Source of the DNA: Mytilus trossulus
Taxonomy: Eukaryota
NCBI RefSeq assembly: GCF_036588685.1
Contig: NC_086379.1
Span: 84,072,001 to 84,136,000 of the forward strand
Length of the DNA stretch: 64,000 nt
Direction: 5' to 3'
Below are positions 37,432-50,622 of the stretch, in pieces. The notes under the pieces are model-generated. The model was not told where the DNA came from, made no database searches, and saw only the letters and a list, made by a program, of their open reading frames with translations. Every line of letters begins with the position of its first letter. Positions within the stretch are counted from its first letter, which is position 1. The translations under genes and the position numbers were made by a program.

Positions 37432-38291
37432 CTGTGTCCTGTTAAATTGTTCCCTTTAAAAAGTTTTGGATTCTCATATATTCTATGTATAATTTTTGGA
37501 CTAGTTTGAATCTCGGTCTATTTCTGTAATTTATTCTTACATACTTTTGATTTTTTAACCCTGTATGCGTACATTGCCTATGTAAATTTTAAAATTGTTT
37601 GTATGCACATTGAACGACAAATTTATGTGACGTATATAATTTTTCTGACGTCGGACACTCAAGTAGATCCATGTGTTCGTGGATAGGTTTTTGTGTCCTG
37701 TTAAATTGTTCCTTTTAAAAGTTTTGGATTCTTATAAATTCTATGTATAACTTTTGGACTAGTTCGATTTCTGTAATTTATTCTTACATACTTTTGATTT
37801 TTTAACCCTGTCTGCGCTCATTGCCTATGTAAAATTTAAAATTGTTTATAATCCAGGTACTTTTGATAACTATTGTATGCACATTGAACGACAAATTTAT
37901 GTGACGTATATATTTTTTCTGACGTCAGACACTCAAATCAATCCATGTGTTCGTAGAAAGTAGATGTTGTTGTGTCCTGTTAAATTGTTATACGATGATG
38001 ACTGATGTTCCCATATTTTGACTATTTTATTGATTGTGACTGTTTATTTAACGCATCATGTAAATGTAACGGAATTTGATGAGACTGTTATTAAAGTGAG
38101 AGGGTTAGCGCTATAGAACCAGGTTTAATCCACCATTTTCTACATTTGAAAATGCCTGTACCAAGTCAGGAATATGACAGTTCTTGTCCATTCGTTTTTG
38201 ATGCGTTTTGTTTTTTGATTTTGCCATGTGATTATGGACTTTCCAAATTGATTTTCCTCTGAGTTCAGTATTTTTGTGATTTTACTTTTTA
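37432..38291. repeat. Near-identical copy of ~8515-9372
   Basis: Collinear, with very few differences. Confidence 0.9.
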
Positions 38292-38561
38292 GATGATCCA
38301 GCAGAAGTAAATAAAGTACACTTTATAAATGAGATTTAGAAGACAAATGACAATTTTGTGGCTTTAGAATAAATCCTATCAGAGCCGATGGCTTTGATTA
38401 AAGTAGTTACACGTGCAAAACTTTCAACAGTCTAAAATATTTCCTAATACTGTTTGATGCACTTAAATAGGTATTACTATAAATAAAATGTACATACTTT
38501 ATGTCTACAGTTTTCTCGTTTGACTTGTTTAACACTTTTCTTTTTTTATTACTTACAAATG

Positions 38562-38935
38562 CGATATGGGCTCTGCTCATTGTTGAAGGCAGTACAATGA
38601 ATTATTCTAATAAATGCGGCTTGGGCTCTGCTCCTTGTTGAAGGCAGTACACTGCATTATTGTTATTAATGCGGCTTGGGCTCAGCTCATTGTGAAAGTC
38701 AGAAAATGACTTGTTATTATTAATGCGGTATGGACTCTGCTCATTGTTGAAGGCAGTAAAATGACATATTACTATAAATGTGGTATGGGTTGTTGAAGGC
38801 AGTAAAATGACTTATTGCTATTAATACGGTTTGAGCTCTGCTTATTGTTGAAGGCAGTAAAATGACTTATTGTTATTAATGCGGTTTGAGCCCTGCTCAT
38901 TGTTTAAGGCAGTACGATGCCTTATTGTTATTGAT
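38562..38935. repeat. ~55-bp tandem repeat (GGGCTCTGCTCATTGTTGAAGGCAGTA...) derived from a SINE-like repeat
   Basis: About 7 diverged copies, followed by the gagttgtctcattggcaatca motif shared with the dispersed family. Confidence 0.75.
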
Positions 38936-39274
38936 TTCTTTGCTATTGCATTTGTGAAGAGTTGTCTCATTGGCAATCAAACCAATTCTTATTTACATGA
39001 GTGAGTAATCTTTATCACCTGTTATAGTATTTTTTCATTTGTTTTTATGAACATTTCTTTACCTGTTTAGTAAATTTTTTTTATATCCATTTGTCATGGC
39101 TCTGTTCTAACATATCCCTCCATTGTGTTATTTTTTCTTAATAATTTCATGTATTGTTGTTTTTTATTTTTGCCTATAGCCTTATTGGCTATTTATTTTT
39201 GGTATTTTTGACATATAGCTCTTCAACGATTTTCGGTACTTATACATCTTCGGATTTCAAATGTTTGGCTTTGA

Positions 39275-39316
39275 GCGTTCCTGATGAAGGTAAATCCAGA
39301 AAAGCGCTTCGGACGC
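39275..39316 (+). ncRNA. Minimal hammerhead ribozyme (family C, Penelope-type)
   Basis: GCGTTC-CTGATGA-aGG(taaat)CCa-GAAA-AGCGCT-TC-GGACGC. Confidence 0.7.
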
Positions 39317-41206
39317 AATAAATTATAAAACGTGTTGTTTTCCATTTTTTCAAAAGCTTTTTTGTGTTTCTTTGGCATATATGACGTGGCTCTGTATATA
39401 TAAATCCCCTCATGGTTCTATGACAGTTTTTGTGTTCTTGTCTTTAACTTTTACTAATATGCTTTGTCTTTATGCCTTTATTGTTGTTTTTTTTACATGT
39501 GGCTTCTTACTTATAGATCCTGTCATTTTGTAACAAGATTTTCAAATTTGTTTGTTTTATTAAGTTTATTACTTAATATTGACAGTTGTACCCCTATTTT
39601 TGACATGTTGACTTATTGTGTCTGTTTATTTTGTTCGTACATCATTGTCAATATTTTCGAGTTCTTTGCGACTGGCATACAAGTGAGAGGTTGAGCTAGC
39701 TATAAAACAGGTTTAATCCACCATTTTCTACATAGGAAAATGCCTGTTACAAGTCAGAAATATGACAGTAGTTACCCGTTCGTTTGATGTGTTAAAGCGT
39801 TAGATATGATTAGGGTCTTTCCGTTTTGTATTTCCTCTGAGTTATGTATTTTTTATGATTTTACTATCTTCTAATTTTTCGATTTTTGTCAAAGTTTATC
39901 ATTTCAAATACATATATACAGAAAAACAGTATGACCGAGAACAAATATTTCAAATTCAAGTTATAATCTGTGATAAGTCAATTTCATATAAGTCAATAGA
40001 AAGAATTATTGTCAAAGGTACCACGATTATAATTTTGTACGCCAGGCGTGCGTTTCGTCTCCATATGACGCTCAGATCAAAATAGTTATAAAGCCAAACA
40101 GGCACAAAGTTGAAGAGCAATGAGGACCCAAAATTCAAAAAAGTTGTGCCAAATACGATTAACACACATGTTTCTCAATTTCATAGAATATGATGTTTAT
40201 GACTTCATTTCAATTATTTGTCAACAATTACAATGTATATGCAATAGAAATTTTTACTACAAGAATGTAATGCTGCTTCGATTCTTTTGATAGGAGTAAA
40301 ATATTACCTTTTCAGTGTGTTTTTATCTGTTTGCACTCTTCGTTCCCTTTTCTTGGAATATGATATGTAGTCCTTAGCATGTTACCAATACAAGCTTAGT
40401 TATACACAGTTATTGCAACTAAACTGTTTGCTTATGAATTGTGAAGTTTGATTAAATGTACTGATTTAAACCTACAATTAATTAAAAATCATGCAAATCA
40501 GGTAGAAAGAAATTAATCTGCGATAAGAGTGCATAGTTGTTAATCATTATTTAAATAATATTTACTTAAATGTATACTATCAGCACAAAGGATATAAAAT
40601 TGAAGAATGAAAGGCGGTCACGATTTCTGTGTTTATTAATTTGTGCATATCATATAGTTCTCATTATTTGATTATGATATAGATTCTGGTATAGAATATT
40701 TATTCCAACAGAAAAAGACATTATGACAATGTTTGTAACAAAGTTTCTTTGGAACTTCTGTTAGACGGAACAAATGTACGTTGACAGCTCAACAATATCT
40801 ACATACCCTTTGAAAAACCTTTGATGAATCCAGATTTTAGAAGGTTTTGAGTTATTATGTTTATGACCCCTGTGTAGTTTACTTCGTGTTATGTTTTTAT
40901 ACTTCCGTCTGTCTGTTGGTCATGTGGTATGTCTTTAGATTTCTGAATGTCTTTTCTACGTTTTATGATTTAAGACTGCTGAATGTTTTTTCTTCGTTTT
41001 ATGTCTTGAGAAAAACGTAGGTCTTTTCTTCGTTTTGTGTTTTAAGACTGCTGTACGTCTTTCGACTGATTTATTTCTTATGATTTTTTTGTGTTTTAAG
41101 ACTGCCTTCTGAATTTTCTTCGTGTTGTGATTTAAGACTGCTTCGTGAATTTTCTTCGTGTTGTGTTTTAATTGGTTATCAAAGGTACCAGGATTATAAT
41201 TTATGA

Positions 41207-41248
41207 CGCCAGACGCGCGTTTCGTCTACATAAGACTCATCAGTGACA
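41207..41248 (-). ncRNA. Type I hammerhead ribozyme (family A) in retrozyme fragment 41176-41335
   Basis: Reverse complement reads GTCA CTGATGA GTCT TATGT AGAC GAAA CGCGCG TC TGGC. Confidence 0.85.
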
Positions 41249-41655
41249 CTCAGATCAAAATATTTGTAAAACCAAACAAGTACAAAGCTGAAGAGCATTG
41301 AGGACCCAAAATTCCAAAAAGTTGTGCCAAATACGTAGACTGCACATGCTTTATGTGTTTACTTCGTGATGTGTTTTAAGACTGTTGAATGTCTTTTATT
41401 TGTTTTGTGTCCTTAGAATTATATATGCCTTTTCTTTGTGTTGTGGTTAATTAGATATAGGAAGATGTGGTATAAGTTCAAATCAGACAACTCTCCATCC
41501 AAATAACAATTTATAAAAGTAAACCATTATAGGTCACGGTACGGTATTAGGACTGCTGAATGTCTGTATTCGTGTTGTGTTTAAAGACTGTTCAATGTTT
41601 TTTCTTTGTTTTGTGCCTATGTAAAAAAATGCCTGCACCAGGTGAGGAATATTAA

Positions 41656-42378
41656 GGTAGCACACTAAAAAGATTTTACAACTCCAACTCCCAAGTTTTA
41701 AAATGCTGTAACTTTCATAATAATGCTTGAAAATTTATAAAAGTGACAGTTTTGGATAGCTAACAGATTACTCTTTTCAATTAATGCAATGTTAATATTG
41801 AGCAACAATTACGTAACCAATTATAAGGTTAACTGTGTCTAAAATATTTTTCACCAAATTTTCACTTTCAAATGGAATTAGCTTCTGCATAGGTATCTCT
41901 AGATGGTTGATTTTATTATATGTTGTTCCTATGGCCATTATCTACAAAAGGGTGTCTCAGATTTCAGATAGAATGTATAGAACAAATTTTACACCTAACT
42001 AAACATTATCTTCTTTAATGTGGTTAGGATGTTTACACTAATTAGAGATGTATGAGAGAATGGAATACCATCGAGACAATCTGAGACACCCGTTTGAAGC
42101 TCATGATGTGTTGATTAAGATTGCGTTAAAATGTGTTGTATAGTTAAAGAGATGAAAGAGCTAAATTCATTCAAGTGAACTTACCAAGATTTTGCCACTA
42201 AATGCATAATAATTGATTACATAATTATTGCATAATAAAAATATTGCATTCATTTAAAAGTTTAATCTTTTATCTATCTATTTATACCTCGTTTATTATT
42301 TTCTATGCATTCATAAGAAAGTTACAGCCTTTCAAAGGTTAGTGATTGGAAGTAAAAAAATCGTTGTATTGTGGTACC
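41656..42378. mobile_element. Non-autonomous TTAA-targeting transposon (Kolobok-like), copy 1
   Basis: TTAA|GGTAGCAC...GTGGTACC|TTAA; homologous to 55831-56519 in inverted orientation. Confidence 0.8.
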
Positions 42379-44251
42379 TTAAAGTTGTCCATTTGTTTGA
42401 GCGTTCGATTTTTTCCATTTCTGTAGGGACTTTTCGTTTTGAATTTTTCTCTAAAAGATCTTTGGTCAATTAACAAGTTTTTGAAAATGTTTAATTGAAG
42501 GAAAGGGCGACTCAGCAATTGTTATAGTATCCCCCTAAACTAATTTTAAACAATAATTTATCCCAATGCATGTTATTTTTTATTTCACTTGTATGACGAT
42601 TATTGTTGATGAACATGAATTACAAACACACGGTATGATTATGTTATACTTATCAATTGAAGTAAGTTACAGTATACTTTGCTTCGACTTTTCAGACCAT
42701 ATAAGGTACAAATTAGTGTATTACATTTTACAAATAACTTATTAAAAGTGAAACATAACACAATCAAAATGTTTAAAATGATAATAGTCCAAATCAACCT
42801 GAACTAGGTTTTAATATGTTAATTAAGTTTTCTACGGTACATTTATACCTCAATTAAAACGAATGAACAATTACAGATAGAAAGCAATTAAAATGATGTG
42901 GTAAACCATAGCATGTATTTTTGTGTTTTGATTACAAGTAAAGAATAAATAACCAGGCGTGTTGATAATCAGTACAAAACTTTTAACAAATGAAAATATA
43001 TTTATTTATTAAACCATTATGATTTTATGGATCTTACAAGTGTTAATTAGCTTTTTATAATTTGTGTCTAATACCGCATTATGCAATTTCACATGTTTCA
43101 TCTTCAGAATAAAATAATTACAGAAAAAACAACAAATGAAGATCAAACATTTTCGATCAGTGATAAATATAATTTAATACACTGTTGGGAACATGATGCA
43201 GTAGAACAATCTTTGTGACATCATTCACTGAAAAAATTATAAAGAGTATCAACAGTATAAGAGACACGCTCTGAATAATTGATAAACATGCTTTTATGAA
43301 AAGAAAGATAGTATAATGCTGACACGACAAGAACAAAAGAAAGATTGAAACGGGATATGGGACGTTTTACTTTTCATAAGCTTACTGTTAAAGTATTTAT
43401 ACAATATTAACATAAAACTAAAATACTAAATATATAATATAGTTCTTTATAGGAGATATGTTCGACTCGCACTAGCATTGCTAATTTGTTAAAGAAGAGC
43501 ATGAGACACCAGAGAGACATTTAAACAAACAAATCGAAAACAAACTAACAAAAAAAACAAAAATTGCAAACAGACACACACAACAAACAAAATAAAGAAT
43601 TAGCAAACGATCCTCGCCAAACACTGGGATTGATCTAAAGTGCGTTGGAATGGAAGTTAGATGCTGCTCATGTGACATTTGTCGTGTTTATACTCGGTAG
43701 GTCATATTCGTGAAATGAAAACGTGATTGTAGTAACGATATAAGAAACCTATCCGTTATCACATGTAAAACAGTTATGCCATAATGATCAACCAACTTGT
43801 GATAGCGTCCATCAGGTTAACGTGTTTTTCAACAAATTATCGACATTCCTATGTGAACCAATTGTTTCCCTCTTTTTGACGATATGATCCTCTATTATTA
43901 TGCGACTGACTGCATACAGGAACTTCTCAGGAAGACAGAAAAGAAGTTTCTAGTTTCTTTTATCTTTACTTTCAGCTTTAAAGATAATTTTCTCTCACTA
44001 AATAATAAGGTAACTATGTTGAACTATGTTTCACGCATTTATCCCATTGAACTAGAGATAAAGGATACAACAGATGAAGTTATTTCTGCCTCATAACTTG
44101 ACTTACATCAAGAAATAGACACTGAGGGTCAGCTGAAAACAAATAAAAAAAGATGATTTTAGCTCCCCCAAAGTCAATATTCCATTTTATAGTAGCAACA
44201 TTCCAGTAGCCCCTACATACGGAAGATATATCTCCCAATTATTTGATACTT

Positions 44252-44350
44252 CTGCAGCCGGTTGTACGAACATGTCATTGCAACTTACCACTCGGACTAA
44301 ATTAAAGTATTGACCCCCAGTCAATCACACGTTTGTTCAACCGGCTGCAG
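44252..44350. mobile_element. 99-bp mini inverted-repeat element inside a Penelope-like RT fragment
   Basis: ctgcagccggttgtacgaac...gtttgttcaaccggctgcag. Confidence 0.6.
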
Positions 44351-45499
44351 GGCTTCTATTGCATATCATGATTTCTTAGATAGAGGGTTGCTGTTTACAA
44401 AGAAGCTGTTAAACCAAAAGGTATAAATGGAGAAGTTGAAATCATCCCTATTCAACATTAACCCTTATGTTATTGGAGAAAAGGGGGATTTACAAATTTC
44501 AAATCATGTTTCATCTCCTTTTTGTTATTGGTATGATATAAAAAGTGTAGTTACAAAACTCCAAATTGTTGGTTCAATTTAAATATACACAGAAAAGTTA
44601 ATAAAACCTGACAAAAACATGCTCGCCTATATTAACTAACGACACTACAGAAATATCTGACTTGGTATAATTATTTCCCAAATTAAACCCCTTCCGTACA
44701 TAGCAAGCAAGTTATCAATCATTGTACCAAGCATTTTTATAATGTTAGTTTCTGAAACAAAAATATGTTTTAGTCCGAGTGGTAAGTTGCAAAGTATTCT
44801 GTATGTCTTATATCAAAGCAGACCATTTTGATATAAAAAAAAGTAGACGAATATTTCAATCAGTTTCAATTTTGAATTAGATATAGAAAAGTTAAAATTG
44901 ATAATAAAATGTTTTTACAATTTAAAAGAGACTAAGATTGTGATTGCAAATGGGAAAAGTATTCACCAGAAAACCAATGACATGTATTTTGTCTTAAGAA
45001 CTCCAAAAATTAACAAAACCCATACACCATCATATCGAAAACAAACTGAGCTACATGCCTGTACCTGTATAAATGAAATGATTTGTGGATTACACATCTT
45101 TCACACAGAACAGCAATCATGACATCCTGATATCTAACATAGGTCACTGTACTTCGCAGATTTTTTATAGCTTTTTAATATTTGAAGCACACCATGGTGA
45201 AAATCTTGTTTTAATGTTGTTATATTTGATCCTTTAATTGCAAATTATATTGTAGGGTTCAGTTTTTTTGGTGTTCGTTCGAGAATAAATTTCTGGCATG
45301 ACAGTCTTTCAGATTTACCGAACAATAAATTAAGAATGAATGAATCCACAAAAATGTATATGACTTTTCTTGTGTGCATTTTAGGAATACTATACTCATG
45401 GCTTGTAAATAGTTCTATTACTAAGGAATTACAGAAAAATGCATTTGACTTAGGTAACATAATGTTATCCTAAAGTTCTTTCTTTGTAATATAATATTA

Positions 45500-48400
45500 T
45501 TTCAAACTCCATTTCTTTATTGGTTCAAACAACGAAGTTCACGTTTAGTTAAAGCTAGTTGTCCCTGAACATGATAATAATATGAATGACTTAGTTTAAG
45601 TCTAAAACGCCCAATATTATCCAGTTCACAACAAAAATTACTCTGTCTTACCACTTCTAACGGATGCATCTCTCTTAGGGTATAGTTACATTTAACCTCA
45701 ATCTCACCATGAGATGATTTACAATGATATGGTTTACAATGCAGGCAATAAACAAATCCATCAGGTGTAGCACCCAAATGAGGCAAATGTTCATTTATTA
45801 TGACACCATTTTTGTAGATGTGAGTGGTGGATGACTCCCCCTTACACAAATGAAGTAGCTATCAACTTTAACCTAACCTTTAACCTGAGCATGGCACTGT
45901 CTTTTTCTTTGTTAAGTGGACCGTTGAACTGGGAGTCAATACTTTAAATTGGCATTAAAATTAGAAAGATCATGTCATGGTGAACATGTGTACTAAGTTT
46001 CAAGTTTCAACATCATTAAAAACTACCTTGACCAAAAACCTTAACCTGAAGGGGAACGAACGGACGCACGGACAAACGAACGGACGCACGGACGCACGGA
46101 CAAACGAACGGACGCACGGTACAACGAACGGATGGACGAACGGACGAACGAATGGATGCACAGACCAGAAAACATAATGACCCTCTACTATCGTAGGTTG
46201 GGCATGAAAATGTTGAACACACTCAATTCAATATCAACGGTATCCATGTACAAAAAGTTAATGTTATGAAGTTTTTGCAATGTTGATACACTTGTATTAT
46301 TCTCACATGAAGCTGATGTTTGTGGAAAATGCATTAACCAGCCATTATCAGGGGTTATGTTCATCAGTCTTTCATTTAAGCGCAGAGTTGCTGCAGTTGA
46401 CAGATCTTTTGAGAACGATGCATTTACATGGTGAAGGGCAACCTTTTTATCGGGAGACATACATTTATTGAAAACAATTTCTTGCGAATTTTTTGGAAGA
46501 CAGGTTCCTGTTGCGTGACCTTTTTTTTTCGTTCACTAGCCTTTGAGGTTGCCTCAATCTTGCAAAAATACTTTTGTTGTGTTATGTCTACTGTGCCATT
46601 CAGAAGAGCTGCTTTTTGACTACATGACTCTCCAGCCCTGCAAAAACTTCTATATCAATACTTGTAGTTAACTAACTATAAAAACATAGGAAACAAATTG
46701 TTGAAACACTTCAAAAGAAAACCTTAGTAACAATAATATAAATCTATTGGAACTAGATTAGGGATAAATAGGAAATGTACATTTAGATATTAAAAGTAAA
46801 CTTGCTTCTACATTATAAAAATGGTTATTATTTTATTTCCATACTATAATTAATGATTAGTAAGTTAATGTTAACATTTCATGTTGCTTTAAATAATTAA
46901 CTTTGAAATTATTTAATTTAATTCTCAACATGAATCTTGATTGTGAAAAGTTGTCAAAATAAACGTATGTTCTTTCTATGACAATATTATGTATTTGACA
47001 CCTACATTAAATTTAATCTTGATTGGTCCAGTATATTTATGTATTACAGGAAAACATGCAATTTTACCAAATTTAGGCTTTCTGCACAGCTTAGTCTCAT
47101 CACCAGCTGGTTTACAGGAAATAACATATACAGTAATTTAATTGAATATGATTATTTGATCAAAACGAGATAAAAAAAAAGAAATAGGACATTTATTATG
47201 TGCATATCTTTTTTTTAGTGAATATGTGTGATAAATTCAACCCCAGAAAGGCTATATCAAAAAACTTTTAAAAAATGCAATAGTAGCAATACAAAAAATG
47301 TATGTAAACATATCTTAAATGGTAAATTAATGAACAACAAAATCCAATCAAACCCAAATAACTTAATTTGGGAATAATCTTGTTATTAAAGTTATAAAAT
47401 ACACTAAAAGAGGAGATTGAAATCATCAATAGTAAAATATTTTTACGGGTCTATTCTTACATAGCAAGATCAACAAAATAAAAATATTTTATCTATAGCA
47501 ATAGTAACTTTTCTTTATATAGAAATTGAATGCAGGTGATGATGCATGAACAAATAATGTTTGCTTTATACTGAGGATTTTTCACACATTTTGCAAATTA
47601 ATAAATATTCTAAAGAGACTTACCCTGCTACACAGTTACACTCATCATTATGAACTTTCGACAAATACACCTGGTATGCTGGCTTCTTTTTCTTGTCCTT
47701 TGTTGGTATAGATGGAAGATAGTGACACTTGATGATACAGTGGGAGCACTTTTCAAATATTTGGTGGCACTTCATGTTAGAAATGTGTCCTTCCTGGTAA
47801 AAAGACCTTTGGTTTTAGTTAACGTCTAGCTCCCATTTTACTGGCATCGTAAGACCTATGTCTACACAAAACTTACAAGAATGTGTCCACAGCACACGGA
47901 TGCCCCACTCGCACTATCATTTTCTATGTTTACTGGACCGTGAAATTGGAATAAATTCTCTAATTTGGCATTCGAATTAGAATGATCTTATCAAAGGAAA
48001 CATGTATAATAAGTTTCAAGTTGATTGGACTTCAACTTCATCAAAAACTACCTTGACCAAAAACTTTAACCTGAAGTGTAACAGACGGAAGAACGAACAG
48101 ACGGACAGACGGACGGACGGACGGAAGGACGGACGAACGAACGGACGAACGAACGGCCGAACGGACACACAGACCAGAAAACATATCTTCTATCGTAGGT
48201 GGGCATAAAAAGTTATATAGGTCTTTGTGTGTGAAGTCCGGAAATTGGTTAGCGTTAGTTGACCTATCCTCTTTTAATTCTGATGGACTAGGTTATTTTG
48301 CACCTAATGACGTGAAAAGATGCGACTTTATATCATCTAGCACTCGGGGTGCATTATTGATTATATCTAGGCCCAGATCTTTAACACCTTTTGCCCGTTT

Positions 48401-48500
48401 ATTAATTCAGACATATTTCCGAAAGTTGGTTGGTAACACTTCTACAGAAAATCATGTAACTCTTTCTTTTTTCCAAGTATTGAAGTCCCTTCCAATTGCT
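45500..48500 (-). pseudogene. Decayed intron-containing SWIM-finger + YqaJ (lambda exonuclease-like) transposon gene (KolobokP/ISL2EU-type accessory ORF)
   Basis: HLGATPDGFVYC...EIEVKC...YYYHVQGQLALT (45517-45849); CNCVAG followed by GTAAGT at ~47625; FPDFTHKDLYNF at ~48230. Confidence 0.6.
47876..48210. repeat. Short non-autonomous element with internal (GGAC/GAAC)n microsatellite; related copies at 45890-46210 and 6480-6600
   Basis: Shared flanks ...aactaccttgaccaaaaac...(cgga)n...cagaccagaaaacata...cgtaggtgggca. Confidence 0.7.
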
Positions 48501-48717
48501 ATCTATAAAAACTGTCCTGTTTCAGGTAGATATCGATATATAGTAAACTAGGAACTGATGAAGTGGGCATTTTTATGAACGGTGGTATGTAGTAGGTTGT
48601 ACCTACCAGAAGCAGTAAATCTCTACCTAAAGGGAAATAACCTAGTAATCGGAAAAGGCTATAGAATCCTATTACAGGTATCTTGACTCTTTGATATATA
48701 TCTCATTTGATTCACTT

Positions 48718-49110
48718 AGATATAGGAAGATGTGGTGTGAGTGCCAATGAGACAACTCTCCATCCAAGTAACAATTTAAAAAGTAAACCATTATAGGTTA
48801 AAGTACGGCCTTCAACACGGAGCCTTGGCTCTCACCGAACAACAAGCTATAAAGGGCCCAAAAAATACTAGTGTAAAACCATTCAAACGGGAAAACCAAC
48901 GGTCTAATCTATATAAACAAAACGAGAAACGAGAAACACGTATATATTACATAAACAAACGACAACTACTGTACATCAGATTCCTGACTTTATAACTATT
49001 TTGATATGAGCGTCACTGATGAGTCTTATGTAGACGAAACGCGCGTCTGGCGTACTAAATTATAATCCTTGTACCTTTGATAACTATTAGGACAGGTGCA
49101 AACATTTGCA
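48718..49110. repeat. SINE-like interspersed repeat; other copies at 2725-3110, 41453-41545, ~27290-27660
   Basis: agatataggaagatgtggtgtgagtgccaatgagacaactctccatcc core. Confidence 0.75.
49011..49052 (+). ncRNA. Type I minimal hammerhead ribozyme (family A), intact
   Basis: CGTCA-CTGATGA-GTCT(tatgt)AGAC-GAAA-CGCGCG-TC-TGGCG: full core, stems I and II, palindromic stem III, GUC cleavage triplet. Confidence 0.88.
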
Positions 49111-50007
49111 GTGCGATAGCCCTTTAGAAAGTCCGAATTCGGATACAGTAATAATGAATTTCATTGATGATATGAATATAGTGTCGTTGGATTATGTACT
49201 TAAAGGCAGCAGAAGTATACCGCTGTTCGAAACTCATAAATCGACAGAAAAAAAAAAAAAACCGGATTACAAACTTAAACTGAGGGAAATGCATTCAATA
49301 TAAGAGGAGAACAACGACACAATACTAAAATGTTACAAACACAAAAAACAAGTGTTGTTAAGAATACAATAGCAAAACAATTTGATCGAGGTGAGTGAAT
49401 ATTACCGGAAGTAAACGTTAGTTTGTATTTCTTAGGTAAAATATTATGTTTCGTTGGTGTAAACCCATTGTCATCTGCCCACCTGAAATTTAGGTTTAAT
49501 CTAAATATTCGAGTGGCTTGACCGATTCACACATTGCACGAGAGCACGATGACTCAATAGCAATGAGTTCGAGTCACAGCAATTTGTCAGATTTGACCTT
49601 GATGTGCTGATATTTAGAGTTATTATAAATAAACATTTAAATACTAGTATGCGTTACAGCCGTGTATCAACTTCATTGGTGTTCAAATGGAAGGATCTGT
49701 CGTAGAGTTGTTACTTGTTTATACCTAAATGTATAAATACAAACACTGAAACTTGTTTTTATCATTGTTTAGATTATTTCTTTAAACATTATGACATTCG
49801 ACTTATGATTATTTACACGAAAAATATAAAGAATAAAAATAGATTTTAATGATAAATAGTGGATACATTGATTTTTGACAACCAATAATATTGACACTAA
49901 TCTATCACGTGTTTTCAATACGCTGATTAAGTTTTTGCATATAGTATGAACTTTTATTGCGTAACATACCTATTTTGATTTCTTGTATTATTTGAGAACA
50001 CTCAAAA

Positions 50008-50308
50008 ATGGGATTGAAATTTACTTTAAGAATCATATTGTCTATACTTTCATTTAAACACATTGTTGGACGAGGTAATACTTTCATATTTTATTCAAAA
50101 AGTGGTTACAGCATTGTCGGGATCAGCAGCCTTAAAGCATATGTTTCAGAAAGTAAAATTGAGTGTGCAGTTCAATGTGCTATAGAGGAGGGATGTCGGA
50201 CTGCAAGTTTTAACAACTCAGCACACAAGTGCTACCTTCATGCAACAGACGTGTGTCCAAAAATAGAAGTTTCAGAGACAAGCTCTGTTTTATATATTGG
50301 AAAAACAG
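50008..50308 (+). CDS. PAN/Apple + C-type lectin gene, copy B, coding exon 1
   Basis: Close paralogue of 34008-34308 with the same 301-nt length; weaker donor AG|GTTGGT. Confidence 0.8.
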
Positions 50309-50578
50309 GTTGGTTTTATTTCTTTATCTTTCTTTCGTTTGGTAATATAATTTAATATGATCTATGTCAGCATTCGCCGGTACTGGCATGAAAATACTGA
50401 TTTTTGTGTTATTAAAATTTGCTGTTACAAATATTAGAAATTATTATTATTAAGGAATGTATCTCCCTCGTGCAAAGCTCTGATTCCTTTCACGGATTTG
50501 GCTATACTTTTTGGACCTTTTGGATTATTGCTCCTCATCTTTTATATAAGCTTTGGGTTTTTAATATTTTTGCCACGA

Positions 50579-50622
50579 GCATCACTGAAGAGACATGTAC
50601 TGTCGAAATGCGCATCTGGTGC
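50579..50622 (+). ncRNA. Type I hammerhead ribozyme (family B, CUGAAGA core, AUC site) in retrozyme fragment 50378-50645
   Basis: GCATCA-CTGAAGA-GACA(tgtac)TGTC-GAAA-TGCGCA-TC-TGGTGC. Confidence 0.85.
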
